Shown here piece by piece: positions 52,450-64,000 of a stretch of 64,000 bases of DNA. Below the pieces are notes generated by a model. It was not told where the DNA came from and did no database searches. It was given only the letters and a program-made list of their open reading frames with translations. Source of the stretch: Botryllus schlosseri (taxonomy: Eukaryota); contig CM119386.1 in assembly GCA_051294905.1 (NCBI GenBank), positions 10,602,001-10,666,000 on the forward strand, given 5' to 3'. How positions within the stretch are numbered: position 1 is the stretch's first letter; every line of letters starts with the position of its first letter. The position numbers were made by a program, and so were the translations under genes.

Positions 52450-52499
52450 CAGGGTTGGGCAATTATTTTTCCCGGTGGGCCAAATGTGGAACAGAAAAT
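52450..52499. mobile_element. Left part of a CAGGGTTGGGCAA hAT MITE, host of the nested 52500-53840 insertion
   Basis: CAGGGTTGGGCAATTATTTTTCCCGGTGGGCCAAATGTGGAA, continuing after 53848 as ACGTTGGCGGCCCG. The right TIR was not found. Confidence 0.55.
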
Positions 52500-53840
52500 C
52501 AGAGGTGGTCAGTAACGAAGTACTTCTACTTTTTGGAAGTACTCAAGTAGTTTTCCTCTACTTCTGGTACTTACTCAAGTAGACCTGATTTTCTCTACTA
52601 CTTCGTAATATTTTGTGATCTACTTACTTACTTTTCGCTATTTTCAGTTTGTCAAGTAGAAGTAGTTTAATCCCCCAATAAGAAAGATAGCCTTAGGAAT
52701 TTCGGGGCTGTTTTCACGGAGTACCAACATTTCATATTCATAAAAGTCAAGTAAAGCCAGGAAATTTGTTCGTGCTTCGCGCACAGTAGTTATGGAGCGA
52801 CAAATATGCTTTCAGGAGAGTATCAGTGAATATAATTTAGGTACGGGATTGCTTGGTTCCGCTCACACCGCATTGTCGCCCATATCAAATATTTCATCAC
52901 TGTAAATATGGCCCACCATAACGTTTGAAACTACCATTTCGCAATCTAGCAATTACCAATCATATCGTAATCTAGCAGCCCATTACGTGTCTTGCTAATC
53001 TGGAAAATCCAGCTATTTTGAAAGTTACACCTGCTTTAGCAGATCACCTTTGAATCTTTATGGACAAAAGACATGAAATATAGTTTCCGCTTTTTAAAAG
53101 TGGTGTTTTTATTTCACTTTCAATTGCGAGTATCATACTTTGAGTTCTGATTAGTTTCAGTTCTTTTGTCTGCAGAACATACATGTTGAAGCATAAAAGC
53201 AAGTGTAGTAATGCCTCATTTTCCGAAAATAAAGCTACACTAAATATAACTTTTACGGTCCACAATATTTGTTACAAACGTATACTAATCGCGCAAAGTG
53301 ATGAAACCGTATTCGATAAAACTTCTATGTATTGCTCTTCGCCTAAACTTGGGGCCTTATAATATGGGGTAGGGCGCAATGCCATGATATTCTTCCAGTA
53401 AACCAAGGGTTAGTATCGCATTTCCATATCAATACTATAATTTGCATCCCGTGATGCGACAAATGCTCATTCTGTCGAAAATTGATACCTCCTGGGATGC
53501 ATCAATACGAGTCAAGCTCTCTGCACCTTCCGCATAGCTCAATTCGCAGCTTTTGACAGTCCATGCGAACGAATTAGGACTGTTTTCAAAACTACTTACT
53601 TACAAGCTCGTCACCTTTCGCATAGCTCAGTTTGCACCTCTTTACAATCCATGTGAACGAATTAGGATGGTTTTCACAACTTCTTACTTACTTGAGTACT
53701 TTTAAAGTCAGTCAATTCTACTTCAAGTAGTTTTAGGTGGCTTATTGAATAAGTACTTCTACTCGTACTTGACTAGATTTTTTTCGTGGTTACTTCTACT
53801 TCGACTTGAGTAGCTTTCTTGACTACTTTGACCACCTCTG
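52500..53840. mobile_element. Complete 1341-bp non-autonomous hAT element
   Basis: TIR CAGAGGTGGTCA...TGACCACCTCTG; perfect 8-bp TSD CAGAAAAT (52492-52499, 53841-53848); TACTTC/TACTC arrays at both ends; internal ~88-bp tandem duplication at ~53520-53695. Confidence 0.92.
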
Positions 53841-54723
53841 CAGAAAATACGTTGGCGGCCCGAGACAGAAGGTTAGACTATATTCTGCAGCGTGAAATTT
53901 TGTTTCTAAATTGAAAGCAGTGAATTACGTTGTTTACACATGCCGCTAAGCGTATGTGTTAATATTAGGTTGCGGGATAGGTGCACTACAAGTCCATTAC
54001 TGAAATATAATAATCAGTTGTATCTGCCTGTCAGCAAGATTACTAGTAAGGAGTTAATCTTTCGAATACTGTACCAATGCACGGCTAGCAGAGTATCTTT
54101 TGTGAAGCATAGAAACAGCGATGTTCATTTCGATCTTGATCAGAGCATACAGTACAGACAGAATCATAAATGCGACGCAAATAGATAAGCAGTGGTATAC
54201 TATAAATTGCATCCTCGAATCTTGAATTTTAATTATCAATCGGTGTCATCTTTGACGTTCCAAAGTGATATCACAATGTTACATCGATTAAAGTGATCAT
54301 ACTATCTGTTCATCATTTCAAAACTGCGATACAATGAAAAGGTAGGAAGGTGTCGAAACGACTTGGAGTAGTCCTTGAAATCAGACACCCACCTGGGCTA
54401 GGCGATGTAGAGAAGAGGCGTGCACACTGAATGAGGAGAATATAAAAGGCAAGCGACAAAATGAGGTGGCATGTGGCGGAATACGAGATCGATACGTTAG
54501 GTCGTGGTCCGGTAATCTTGAAGGGTGACTAGACTAGTATTCATTTAGATGAAATCGCTTATATTTCGACTTGAATGCCGATATGCTCGTCGACTGTCGG
54601 ATAGTTAGCGAGATGCTGTTTCACATTTGGGGTCCGCCATACTTGATAGAGCAATGACCATGGCTTTCTTAATTAGCAAGCAAGTATTGTTTCAGCTAAA
54701 TAACAGTCGGGAGAATCGCAAAT

Positions 54724-56070
54724 TTACCGTGGCATTTCGATTGTAGTGATCTTCTTATGGAAAAAGACAGTAAGCATTTCAAAAACATCACTAAACGTGA
54801 CTAGTACAGAAGCGTGATTGACAAAAATATCCAACTCTATAACGGTTCTACTGTAAACCACCACGTTGTGGTTAAAGCCCCTTTCCATTGCTGTAGCGGC
54901 TGCAAGGTCAGAGACACCGATAAACGCCGTGCACACAGCAAATCGTTTGATCTTTTCTCTTATTTCGACACCCCTGTTGTTTCTGTTTCCAGCATTGTCA
55001 GGCTTCATCGTCATTCGTATGATAGGATAAACGAAAAGGCCTAAAAGACTAAATTGCAGAATAGCAGTTCCGCTAACGACAACATACATTCCGCCGGGAA
55101 AAATAAATTGTCTGCCCAATTTCCCTTGTCGAGCTGAGTAACATCCGTCTAGGTCAAGGTAATATGAGTTCGGTATCACCAAACCGACACCTGTCATACC
55201 GTAGACGACTATTATAAAGACCAACAAAAATTTACTGAAATAATTGACGCACTTCGGCGTAACGGCAACAACATGTTTGTTTTCGTACATAAGTCGTTGC
55301 CGACACCAAAGAAAAACGCACGAACACACGAGCGCAAAGCTATCCGTCGCTATTAGGGCTGGGCAAAATGATTCGAGTACTCGAATCTGAATCGAGTAGT
55401 AATTTTAATGATTCGAGTCGAGTAGTAAAAGACGATTTTTTCGAGTACTGAAATTATACGGTCCTCGCAACTGAAAGTTAATTTACTGACGAAGTCCGAA
55501 GTCATTATCATCCAACAAAATTGTTAAGAAGTGCAATGAAATCGGTATGGTCGAAAAAATACCAAAGTATCTTTAATGTGATGAATAACAGGCATTAAGT
55601 TCTTTGTGGTGGCATAAAAGGTTCATATTTGGACTTCGACATAGTACATCCTGTTGTGACGTCATAATGAGTGATACTCGATTACTCGACTCGACTCGAA
55701 GCATATTACGTGATTCAGAATCGAATCACTCAGGTACTCGATTTTGCCCAGCCCTAGTCGCTATGCTGACGTCTCCCCAGAGCTCGCAATCCTCATCGGA
55801 GCTTGCTTGGTACAACATAAAATCGGCGGCATATCTCGGCGAAGGTACAGCAATCGATAGGAAGCACAATATGTATACTTTTCCCTTTCTGGTACGCAAA
55901 TTCCATTTCTTCTGACGTCTGCCATGCTCCACCATGCACGAGATCATCCACACAGTTAACAATACGTAAACACAAAACACCACTTTTGTAATCACGGTAG
56001 CCGTGTAACTGATTCCAGTTTCGTTCGGTGATGTTGCCACCTCAGTTGGGGGTGCGGAAAAGTTCGTCAT
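54724..56070 (-). pseudogene. Intronless 7TM GPCR-like gene (311 aa if restored) disrupted by a MITE
   Basis: ORFs 55726-56145 and 54724-55329 each align to one half of the 62242-63186 protein. Removing 55354-55756 plus one TSD restores ...GDVSIATDSFALVCSCVFLWCRQ..., collinear with the paralog's GDVTTATACSSFLMSCTFLWARQ. A 68-nt 5' UTR intron lies at 56085-56152. Confidence 0.85.
55354..55756. mobile_element. 403-bp hAT-type MITE with TCGA-rich arrays inserted in a CDS
   Basis: TIR TAGGGCTGGGCAAAAT...ATTTTGCCCAGCCCTA; perfect 8-bp TSD GTCGCTAT (55346-55353, 55757-55764). Confidence 0.95.
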
Positions 56071-56869
56071 AGCTCTTATGATTTCTGTAAGGCACAAAAT
56101 AGAGTAATAGACTGATATGTTTAGGGTCAGTATCATCTGTGTCAAATAATACCTCGCACTGGATTTGACATGAGTTATCGTCCTTCTCTAGAATGTCAGT
56201 GTTGAATATTGTCCGTCAGTAGGTATATATATACTGTACGTACGGTACTACTGTGGGCTGACAAGCCTAAACCTTAAATGTCCCGTGCTAGCACAGATGA
56301 CGAAGGCTTACAAATTAGGTTGAATGTTTTGGCCTGCCGGACAACGTCTGACTGAAACCGAACTATATGGGCATATGGCGTCCACGAGCCTTCAATTTAA
56401 TATCGAACTCATTAAATATACATCAATGTAGAAAAATGAAATAAAACCGAAGCCAACGCAGCAGGAAAAAAGGGAATCGCAAATAATGAATGATACCCAC
56501 TTCAAAAGCCAATACGATCACAACAGAATGGGGACAAACGAACGCGTGATTATGTCTTGCATGACGAATAATGTCTCTGGTAACAAAACACCGGTATAGG
56601 GTGCCTGTAATCAGAATTGCATTTAACACACGGGGTGGCAATGTTTTAAACAAGTCATTTCAAAAATAATTTTTTTTTACAAAAATTGTGTATCATTAAT
56701 TGTAGTTAGTTAACTACATAATATTTTCGAAACAACTTTTAACATTTGCCTCCCGACGACATGCACTGGAAATAGTCGACATATACGATATGAACTGATT
56801 GTGAGTGATTGGAACTCTCGACATCGTCGTCGATTCACCAGTTATTACACGCAGGTTACATAGGACTTG

Positions 56870-56912
56870 AAGTATAGATAATTAACCTACGGTAGGTTAG
56901 TTATCTATACTT
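56870..56912. repeat. 43-bp near-perfect palindrome
   Basis: AAGTATAGATAATTAACCTAC-G-GTAGGTTAGTTATCTATACTT; 21-bp arms with one mismatch. Confidence 0.85.
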
Positions 56913-57054
56913 GAACTGTAGGGATGTTCTGACGATGATGATTGCAGACCGTAAAATGCTGCATGATGAAGTAGTGATAATCAAATATATTCTTTGGTCC
57001 ATGGAAGACTATATCGATAACAAACCTACGGATAGACGTGAAAGACGTATCTAG

Positions 57055-57150
57055 TGGGGATGGTGCGAACCCCTGAAAGGTTCAGGTTCGTATGCGAACG
57101 CGAACCTTTTTGAAAGGTTATGGGTGAACGCGAACGTGAACCTTATGACG
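57055..57150. mobile_element. MITE end with GAACGCGAAC/GGTTC arrays
   Basis: GGGGATGGTGCGAACC...GCGAACGCGAACC...GTGAACGCGAACGTGAACC; other end not located. Confidence 0.45.
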
Positions 57151-60080
57151 TCACGTGATGTCAGTTTAGTGATATATTAGTGTACAGTAGGCCTACAGTC
57201 CTACACAATACCTAGAAACGACTCAGATGACATTATGCTACAATACCGAAGTACATGCTGACTTTTTAAACGTCACAAAATACATCAACTGAAGCAATCA
57301 AATGTTATAATTACCCCCATGAAATCAATATCTTCTGTCGCCTTGCCTACAATTTCGACGACGACTTGCAACGGAATGTAGGTTTACGCCAATGATATCA
57401 TGATATATATATCATTGGTTTACGCTTTAACGGGCGAGGTCTAGGTCTAGGCCAGACCACACAATGTATTCAGCGTCTGACTATTGCGGCATTTATATTG
57501 AGCTGATCGATCCCTTACGGCTGCTTGATTTTTTACATTAGACAACGACATGATGTTCTCTATATCAATTTGAATGATTGGTTGAAAAAGCATCATTCGC
57601 TGACTACCTACAGTCCTCCTATCCTACATGTATTGTATTTTGTTCTTGATGTTATGTGATTGTTGGTCAAGCTCGCAGCAGAGAGTCACAAACTATTAAC
57701 AAACGGAAAGACGAATATTTTGAGCAAGCCTTATTTAGGGGTCCTACCCTTCCAACACACCTCCCTCAGCTTTATACCGGTAAATCTGATTACGTGAACA
57801 GAGAGAGGACAAAAAATTTATAGCAATATATATGCAATTCCCGATAATATTGGCCGATTTAATCATGAATTATATAATTTTTTCGCGGTTCGCGCGTTTC
57901 GGCGGCATCAGCTACCTCACTAAACAACACACCAAATTCAGGTGATAAGTGACGTCGGAAAGCGTATAGCCTTAGGGAAGTACGGGGGCGAAGCCGGCAG
58001 AAGTTCGGTTAATTCCCCAATGGGGGGCCAAGACCAACGTTCTTTTTTGGGAGGGTGGGTGGGGGGGGGGTGACGAAATGCTGTTACGGTCCTGTTCACG
58101 TCATTTAACTTCTCGTCGAATCAACGTTAATAGGTCATTGTTTTGCGGCGCTCCGATTGCCCGGAATAATAATGCCGATTTTTGAATTCGATCACGATTT
58201 CAGGGGACTTCATGTGCCCTCGCCAGACAATTTCCGGAATAAGAGCGGTATAGTTGCTTTCGTTTAAGGCCAGTTTTAGTAAATCTTTCGTAGGGGTCGC
58301 CAGTTATATTTACAATTGCCATATTTTACGAAACGTCCTGAAATGCCGTGGCCTACATCTTATTGCCTAACCGTGTTGTCGCCTATTTAGCTTCTATCTA
58401 TTTGCTGCTTTACTACAAGACTTGACTGTTTTATAGGCTCCATTGGTTCGTCATAATCAAGTCAAAAGTGTTGGTTATACGATCTTGATAACGGTCACCC
58501 TGCGCATGGACACGCAGAAATCGCAATACTTACGAAATTGAATCGAATTATTGCTGAGGAAGAATCGTGTGAAATTATTGATAAATCGGTGAACCCTAAG
58601 AAGTACCAAAGTAAATAGACGATGATATATACACTACGACACTTTTGAGTTGCGTGGATAGTGTTTTGAATCACCTTAATGAGGGGGACGATTTGTCTTC
58701 ATGGCGCAGAATGACCCATTTCTGGATAACAACAACGAGAATGTGGGAAAGGTCAAGCGGTTTGCCGTATACTCCTCCCAGTGATTTTGTGACCGGAAAA
58801 TATTTCCTGAATACAAGAACCACCTTTCTAGCATTCCATGTTGCACGTGACGCGTATCACTGTATTGTAATTTCAGGTGTTAATTTTCGTCTGTTGAAAA
58901 TCGCGGCTAAAAAAGTACGTTTTAAACTTGTTTGTTTGTTTTAGTCGGTACTGAACTCGAAGAAGAAGTAACGCCCTCGATGTCTACTGAAGTAGAAGCA
59001 GAAGTAGGGATCTACAAGTAAGTTAAAAGTAAGCATTTCAGACCTAGTTTTGCAGAAAAAAACTTTTTTTTTGTATTAGCAACTCAACCGGTGTAACCTT
59101 CATGTTACCAATTCAGGCTTACGGGTAGTGGATGCCATAGTTAAGAGACAGCAACTGGTCGTTAGGCATCCTCCTATCTGTTTATTATTCGCATTGTGTC
59201 CTATCGCATTGTATACATTGTGTATGTATTGATAAGATGAAAATATAATCTGAAGATTATTAATATTGATACGGGCATATTCAATAACATGCATGAATTG
59301 CTCGCTTGTGTGTCCGTGAATACACAGTACATTGATCAAATGATCATGCTTATCTCTAATATTTTATTCGCCCAGCATTACACATGAATATCCCGGTAGT
59401 GCTGTATCTATAATCTTCTATTCACAGAAGCTTACTCGGTTAGCATAAATATTGCAACATTTATTAGCGGGTTTCTTGTAGATTACCGCGCATCTATTGT
59501 GCAAATCGAACCAATAATCGTTCCATGTATATTCTATAACGTAACCGAACTGTCTCAAGATAATGAAAAACCAGCTTAATATTTATATGCATTCGAAATA
59601 AATTTGCTTTCTCTTATAGTGATTAGCGGGTTGAATACGTGTTTCCAATCCGCGACACCATTTATTATGTATGATACTTGTTTTTTTTCTCTACGTTAAC
59701 CCCATGTTTTGCGTGTTCATCGTATTTTGTGCACAGATTTCGGTAACTAATAAATTCCAATGATCAGTCCAAATGGTTTCTTGAAATAACCTCTCCATGC
59801 CCAGCCCATTGTTAAGTACCATGCACACTGTACGGTGGTGGTACCAGAGTACCCGTACCCACGTAAGTGTGCCTATCTTCTGAAATTATCTGCTGTGTTC
59901 AGTCCAGTTTGGATAAGATTTAATGTAACAGATATCAGTTATCGAGGCGGGGCAGCAGTGTGTTACATACCGTAGTCCTTGTCAATGTCAGTATACAATA
60001 CATACGGGGTAGTTTTGGTCTGCATTTCGCTTCCAGATGGTAAACCGCGAAACGTAGTTGTCCTTCTGACTTAGATGTAG

Positions 60081-61054
60081 CAGTGACGTGCGGTGAGGTT
60101 CGTGGTTGGTGAGGCATTGCCCCCCCCCTTCACCTCACACACGCGCAAGGTAGGCTACCTGATATAGATGCACATTGCACAAGGATGGTGATAACAACAG
60201 CAGCAGCAGCAGCAGCAAGAGAAAGCGGGTAGGTGAAAACATTTTCTCTGCACCCTGTGTCAGCAAAACTTGATATATCAAATCTAAATGGTTAGGCATC
60301 AGCCAGATTGTGAAAAATCAGGATGAGATTCATGGTGTAAATGACTAATGCAGTCGGAAACACCATAAAGGCCACAGACAAACGATAACGCAGGCTTTGT
60401 AAGTAGCTATCACATACGACAATATGGTTGGAAAATACATAACAGCGACATCAGCAAGGGACTGTGTTGCTCCGCATTACGCATTGGTCGTCGCTCTCGC
60501 TACTATAGACATTATACAATTCATACAACATTGTTGGTTTCCGAAATCGATAGCACGTATCACAGTGCTGCGATTGTCCGATTGTTAGCGAATAATGAAT
60601 GAGGCACATTCGTTTGTGCCTCACCTGGCTATTGTTTCTGTGCGATTCCATTGTGAACAATAAACCCGAATTTAACATTCCTTGGCGATTTTGAGGGGTT
60701 CTGGTGCTCTGACATTAATAATATTCGTATTTTCAGAATCAGCACGACAATACTATTTGATTAATACCAGTTATTTTGAATTCTGAGTTGTATATCATGA
60801 ATTGCATTGCCGCAGGTGAGGACGACCCTCCCGTGCCTCACGTGCGCCTCACGTGTGCCGCACCACTCCTTTCGCGCCGTATTTTTGAATAATAAATTTG
60901 CAAATTGGTTATGTTGGGTGAAAATGTTCGAATCTGGTTATTCATGAACATCGATAAAATATATCATCATTGAGGGTTTTCACAATTTTCTCTTACTCAC
61001 CCTGACGACAGGTGAGACAATGCCTCACCTGCCTCCATTGACCGCACGTCACTG
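60081..61054. mobile_element. 974-bp hAT-type MITE with GTGAGG/GCCTCAC motifs
   Basis: TIR CAGTGACGTGCGGT...ACCGCACGTCACTG; perfect 8-bp TSD AGATGTAG (60073-60080, 61055-61062). Confidence 0.92.
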
Positions 61055-62241
61055 AGATGTAGTACATGTCGATGCTGAATTCAGACTCAGGCGGTAAATT
61101 TATCGCCACCGCCAAGCTCCGTAAGCCCAAGGGCGGGGGCTCGGTTCATACGGCAGTAAGCAGAAATGGTTGTTTCGTAGTTTAGAACGCTCGGGATGCT
61201 GGCTGGGTTGGCAGGAAAACTATTTCGCTTTCTTAATTTGAAATCGCAAACACAATAGAGCTATAGTATAGCAATTTCGTTATGGGTGAAAGCTCCACAT
61301 TCTCGTTCCGATCTATCCTGGTCTGCTGACATGTGGAATGCGAATTTTTGATAGGTTAAACAATTTTCCGTCATATAACCTTTTTCCGTTTGTCTCAAAT
61401 AATTCCGGCTCGATACTAGGAAAGCATGTGTTGCATTCACGCTGCGGAGACGCTCCGTGGCAGACGTATCGTGTGAGGTTAGCTCGTTGTTCAAACCGGT
61501 GCAAGTGGTTTAAAATCTGCTACGCGTAGCACTATAGGGTATTCATACATTTGGAACAAGGCCAAATGGTCTGAATATCAAATGACTGGAAGATAGTGGT
61601 GCTAATTCAATAGCCTTGTGGTTCCTTCGCATCTCCATCATTCAAGTACATCGGTGGTGCAGACGAAATAAGGTGCTCCTTTCCTGTCAGAGCATATCTG
61701 ACAGAACACGTTACACCGACGTTTGGTACTTTGTAGATGACTCATTATTGTTTGCACCGTCGAAGGAGTAGGCGCATGCGGGCGGTATAGGTTGCTTAAT
61801 GAGGATGGTACAATGCTGTTGTATATTCGTGTTCGGCATGTGAACCTCAGTGATTTTACGGTTCGCCTTCGCAATCAAGCTCATCATCGTGTATCGTTAT
61901 GTAACACTGTAAAATTGACATCTTCACCTTGGTCCTGAGAAATTTCTTTCAAATAGTACTCCGAATTAGCAATCATTTGCGCTTATGCTCGCGGCTCGAA
62001 CTGCTCAGGTACGCCATCCCTGGTGACTATATGTGCGAAGGTGGGCCTATCATATCGTTATTGGATTTCATCAATACTGCACTCCAGGTGTTGATTCATG
62101 ATGATCCAGTATCGAGTCTTTAGTAGAAGATAACATTGTTTCCGGAAATCCAACACCACAACGTCGTGTTATTTCATTTTCTTTCTCAACGTATTCACAA
62201 CACGACAGGTTTATCTTCTCCGCGTTACGAAAAATTTCTAT

Positions 62242-63186
62242 ATGACTAAAGTAAACTTTACGTCCGGAGTATCTCGGAATGCGTCCAACGAATCAGCAAC
62301 ATTCACATCGATCACATCGTTGAAAGTCCTTTTCGGCATTTACCTGTCCGCTACCGTATGGATACTCTTATGCATGATTGAACACGGAAGACGGTCGAAA
62401 CTCAAACTTCAAACCAAGAAAGGGAAAATGTACTCGTATTGCTTTATCGCGATCGCTATCTCAGCACCAAGATACGTCGCTATCTTCAAGTTGTTTGAAG
62501 CAAAGACGGACTCCGAATGTGAAATTCTGGGAGACGTGACCACCGCAACGGCCTGTTCCTCCTTTTTGATGTCGTGTACGTTTCTTTGGGCCAGACAATA
62601 TGCAGTTTATGCCGATCAATATGTCCGCGCCGACCGCGCGGCAATACCGCGATGGGTTGTCGCAGTTAGCAATGGTTCCTTGCCGTTTATAATAGCAGTC
62701 TATGCTATGGTAATCGTAGGAAGAGTGTGTCGAGATACATACAGTCTCGGCGATGCGGGATGCTGTTCAAACACACTTGGTAAGGGGCAATTTGTACTCC
62801 CTGGTGGAATGTTCCTAATCGCTGGGGCGGTTACGCTTCAGCAATCTGCGTTGCTATTCCTGTTTGTATATCCCATGATCAAATTGACAAAATTACCGAC
62901 CAACAAAAAGGCTGCAGCAAAGCGAACCAATATAATCACAAGGGTCAGACGCTACGTTGCGTGCACCGTCACCATTGTTGTTACTGATTTTCTGACCGCG
63001 GCTGCTATGGAGGTACCGTATTTTTCGCAGAATCTGGTGGTTCTAAGTAGAGCGGTCGTAGAGTGTAATGTTTTGTTCAACCATATATCGATTTTAGCCA
63101 CATTTGATGATTTTCCAAAAATACTGCTCGCGCTATTTCGAATTGCGCAAGGCAAAAATGGCTATGAAAACGAATCGAATATGTAG
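62242..63186 (+). CDS. Orphan intronless 7TM GPCR-like protein, 314 aa
   Basis: Three N-terminal N-glycosylation sequons (NFT, NAS, NES); seven hydrophobic segments; Cys at the top of TM3 and in ECL2; FLWARQ at the cytoplasmic end of TM3; basic ICL3; acceptor CAG at 62208-62210 upstream of the ATG; AATAAA at 63193-63198. Confidence 0.85.
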   Translation: MTKVNFTSGVSRNASNESATFTSITSLKVLFGIYLSATVWILLCMIEHGRRSKLKLQTKKGKMYSYCFIAIAISAPRYVAIFKLFEAKTDSECEILGDVTTATACSSFLMSCTFLWARQYAVYADQYVRADRAAIPRWVVAVSNGSLPFIIAVYAMVIVGRVCRDTYSLGDAGCCSNTLGKGQFVLPGGMFLIAGAVTLQQSALLFLFVYPMIKLTKLPTNKKAAAKRTNIITRVRRYVACTVTIVVTDFLTAAAMEVPYFSQNLVVLSRAVVECNVLFNHISILATFDDFPKILLALFRIAQGKNGYENESNM

Positions 63187-63330
63187 TTAACGAATAAACA
63201 TTTTCAATCATGCAAAATTTCACTTCACTTGAATCAGGTACAACAGGAAGATATCAGTACATTGCCCAGAAATCGCATAACTCAGGCTCTATGAAGTACG
63301 TGTAAAAGTAAGTGACACATGTCGCTTACC

Positions 63331-63630
63331 GACAAGATAGCGTAATGGTTAAGCGTCCGGCTTCTTGATCGGTGGATCGGTGGGTTCGATCCCCGACCGG
63401 GTCACACCAAAGACCTGATTAGTAACACTAGTATCCATGACTTCCCCGCTTGGCGCTCATGCTATACCGGGATAGCACGGAGGGGTGACGGAGAAAGCCG
63501 TACGAGGCGATATCTGCACTGCACATGTACATTCTTGTCCAGCGGCATATGCACATCATCCACTCATGGTATGCACAATTGCACATTGCAAATGCACAGA
63601 TCGTGTGTATATCTATCATGAGTCTTGAGT
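63331..63630 (+). mobile_element. tRNA-derived SINE (possibly tRNA-Arg-related head)
   Basis: A-box TAGCGTAATGG and B-box GGTTCGATCCC; anticodon-like CTTCTTGA loop; broken acceptor stem; followed by CACACCAAAGAC...CCCGCTTGGCGCTCA body; second copy at 45926. Confidence 0.82.
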
Positions 63631-64000
63631 TCTTGAATACCACCGTGTCTACGTAGCTATAGAACTATTACGGGATATACATTATCATTCATTTCATCAA
63701 GGCCCGCGGCGTGATTTTGAGCGGCCCGCAGGACAGTTTCCGGTCGTACATGATGTTGTTGCCCGCGACCATAGCCTGCCGCAAGCCCGGACCAGTTGCT
63801 TACTATGTCAAATTTCAGTGACTGTATGTTATTCTTTAGCGTACGTGTGTGTACTGTGTATTGCTTACGAGAGTGGATCTTACGCGCATGTTCGTCTACA
63901 CGGGAAGACGCATGAACTCAATCCTAATGAATTGATATCTTGGTAAATTTGAACAAAATCCAAACTCGTCGTTCGTATACAATACATTTTACCAGAGGTG

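Noticed and set aside
60196-60217. (CAG)n tract suggesting a polyQ exon
   Set aside because: Lies inside the TSD-flanked 60081-61054 MITE, with no ORF or splice context.
63331-63404. Functional tRNA gene
   Set aside because: Acceptor stem mispaired, no T-run terminator, and it continues into a body shared with the 45926 copy, so it is a SINE head.

Overview
This is a eukaryotic, AT-rich, gene-dense animal locus. It is most plausibly an ascidian/tunicate, an inference from intronless housekeeping genes, a class of 57-68 nt introns, MITE-rich long introns and an orphan intronless 7TM family. Gene order: a 10-unit polyubiquitin (+) whose units are not identical; intronless CNOT11 (-); intronless NDUFA2 (-); intronless PMS2 (+); a pecanex (PCNX) gene (+) that I reconstructed by hand as 49 phase-consistent coding exons (~2394 aa, 14826-52096); and two head-to-head paralogous 7TM/GPCR-like genes. 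The minus-strand 7TM copy is cleanly interrupted by a hAT-type MITE with a perfect 8-bp TSD. Introns and spacers hold many non-autonomous DNA transposons: five with perfect 8-bp TSDs, a 1.64 kb near-complete hairpin (foldback) element, and a P/Galileo-like foldback with a 7-bp TSD. There are also two tRNA-derived SINEs, perfect palindromes and a CTAAT-rich higher-order tandem array. Most interesting candidates: four ubiquitin variants in one precursor, an operon-like NDUFA2-CNOT11 junction (polyA signal 21 nt before a splice acceptor), the orphan 7TM pair, and the dsRNA-forming foldbacks in the PCNX pre-mRNA. All coordinates and alignments were done by eye, and no database searches were run.
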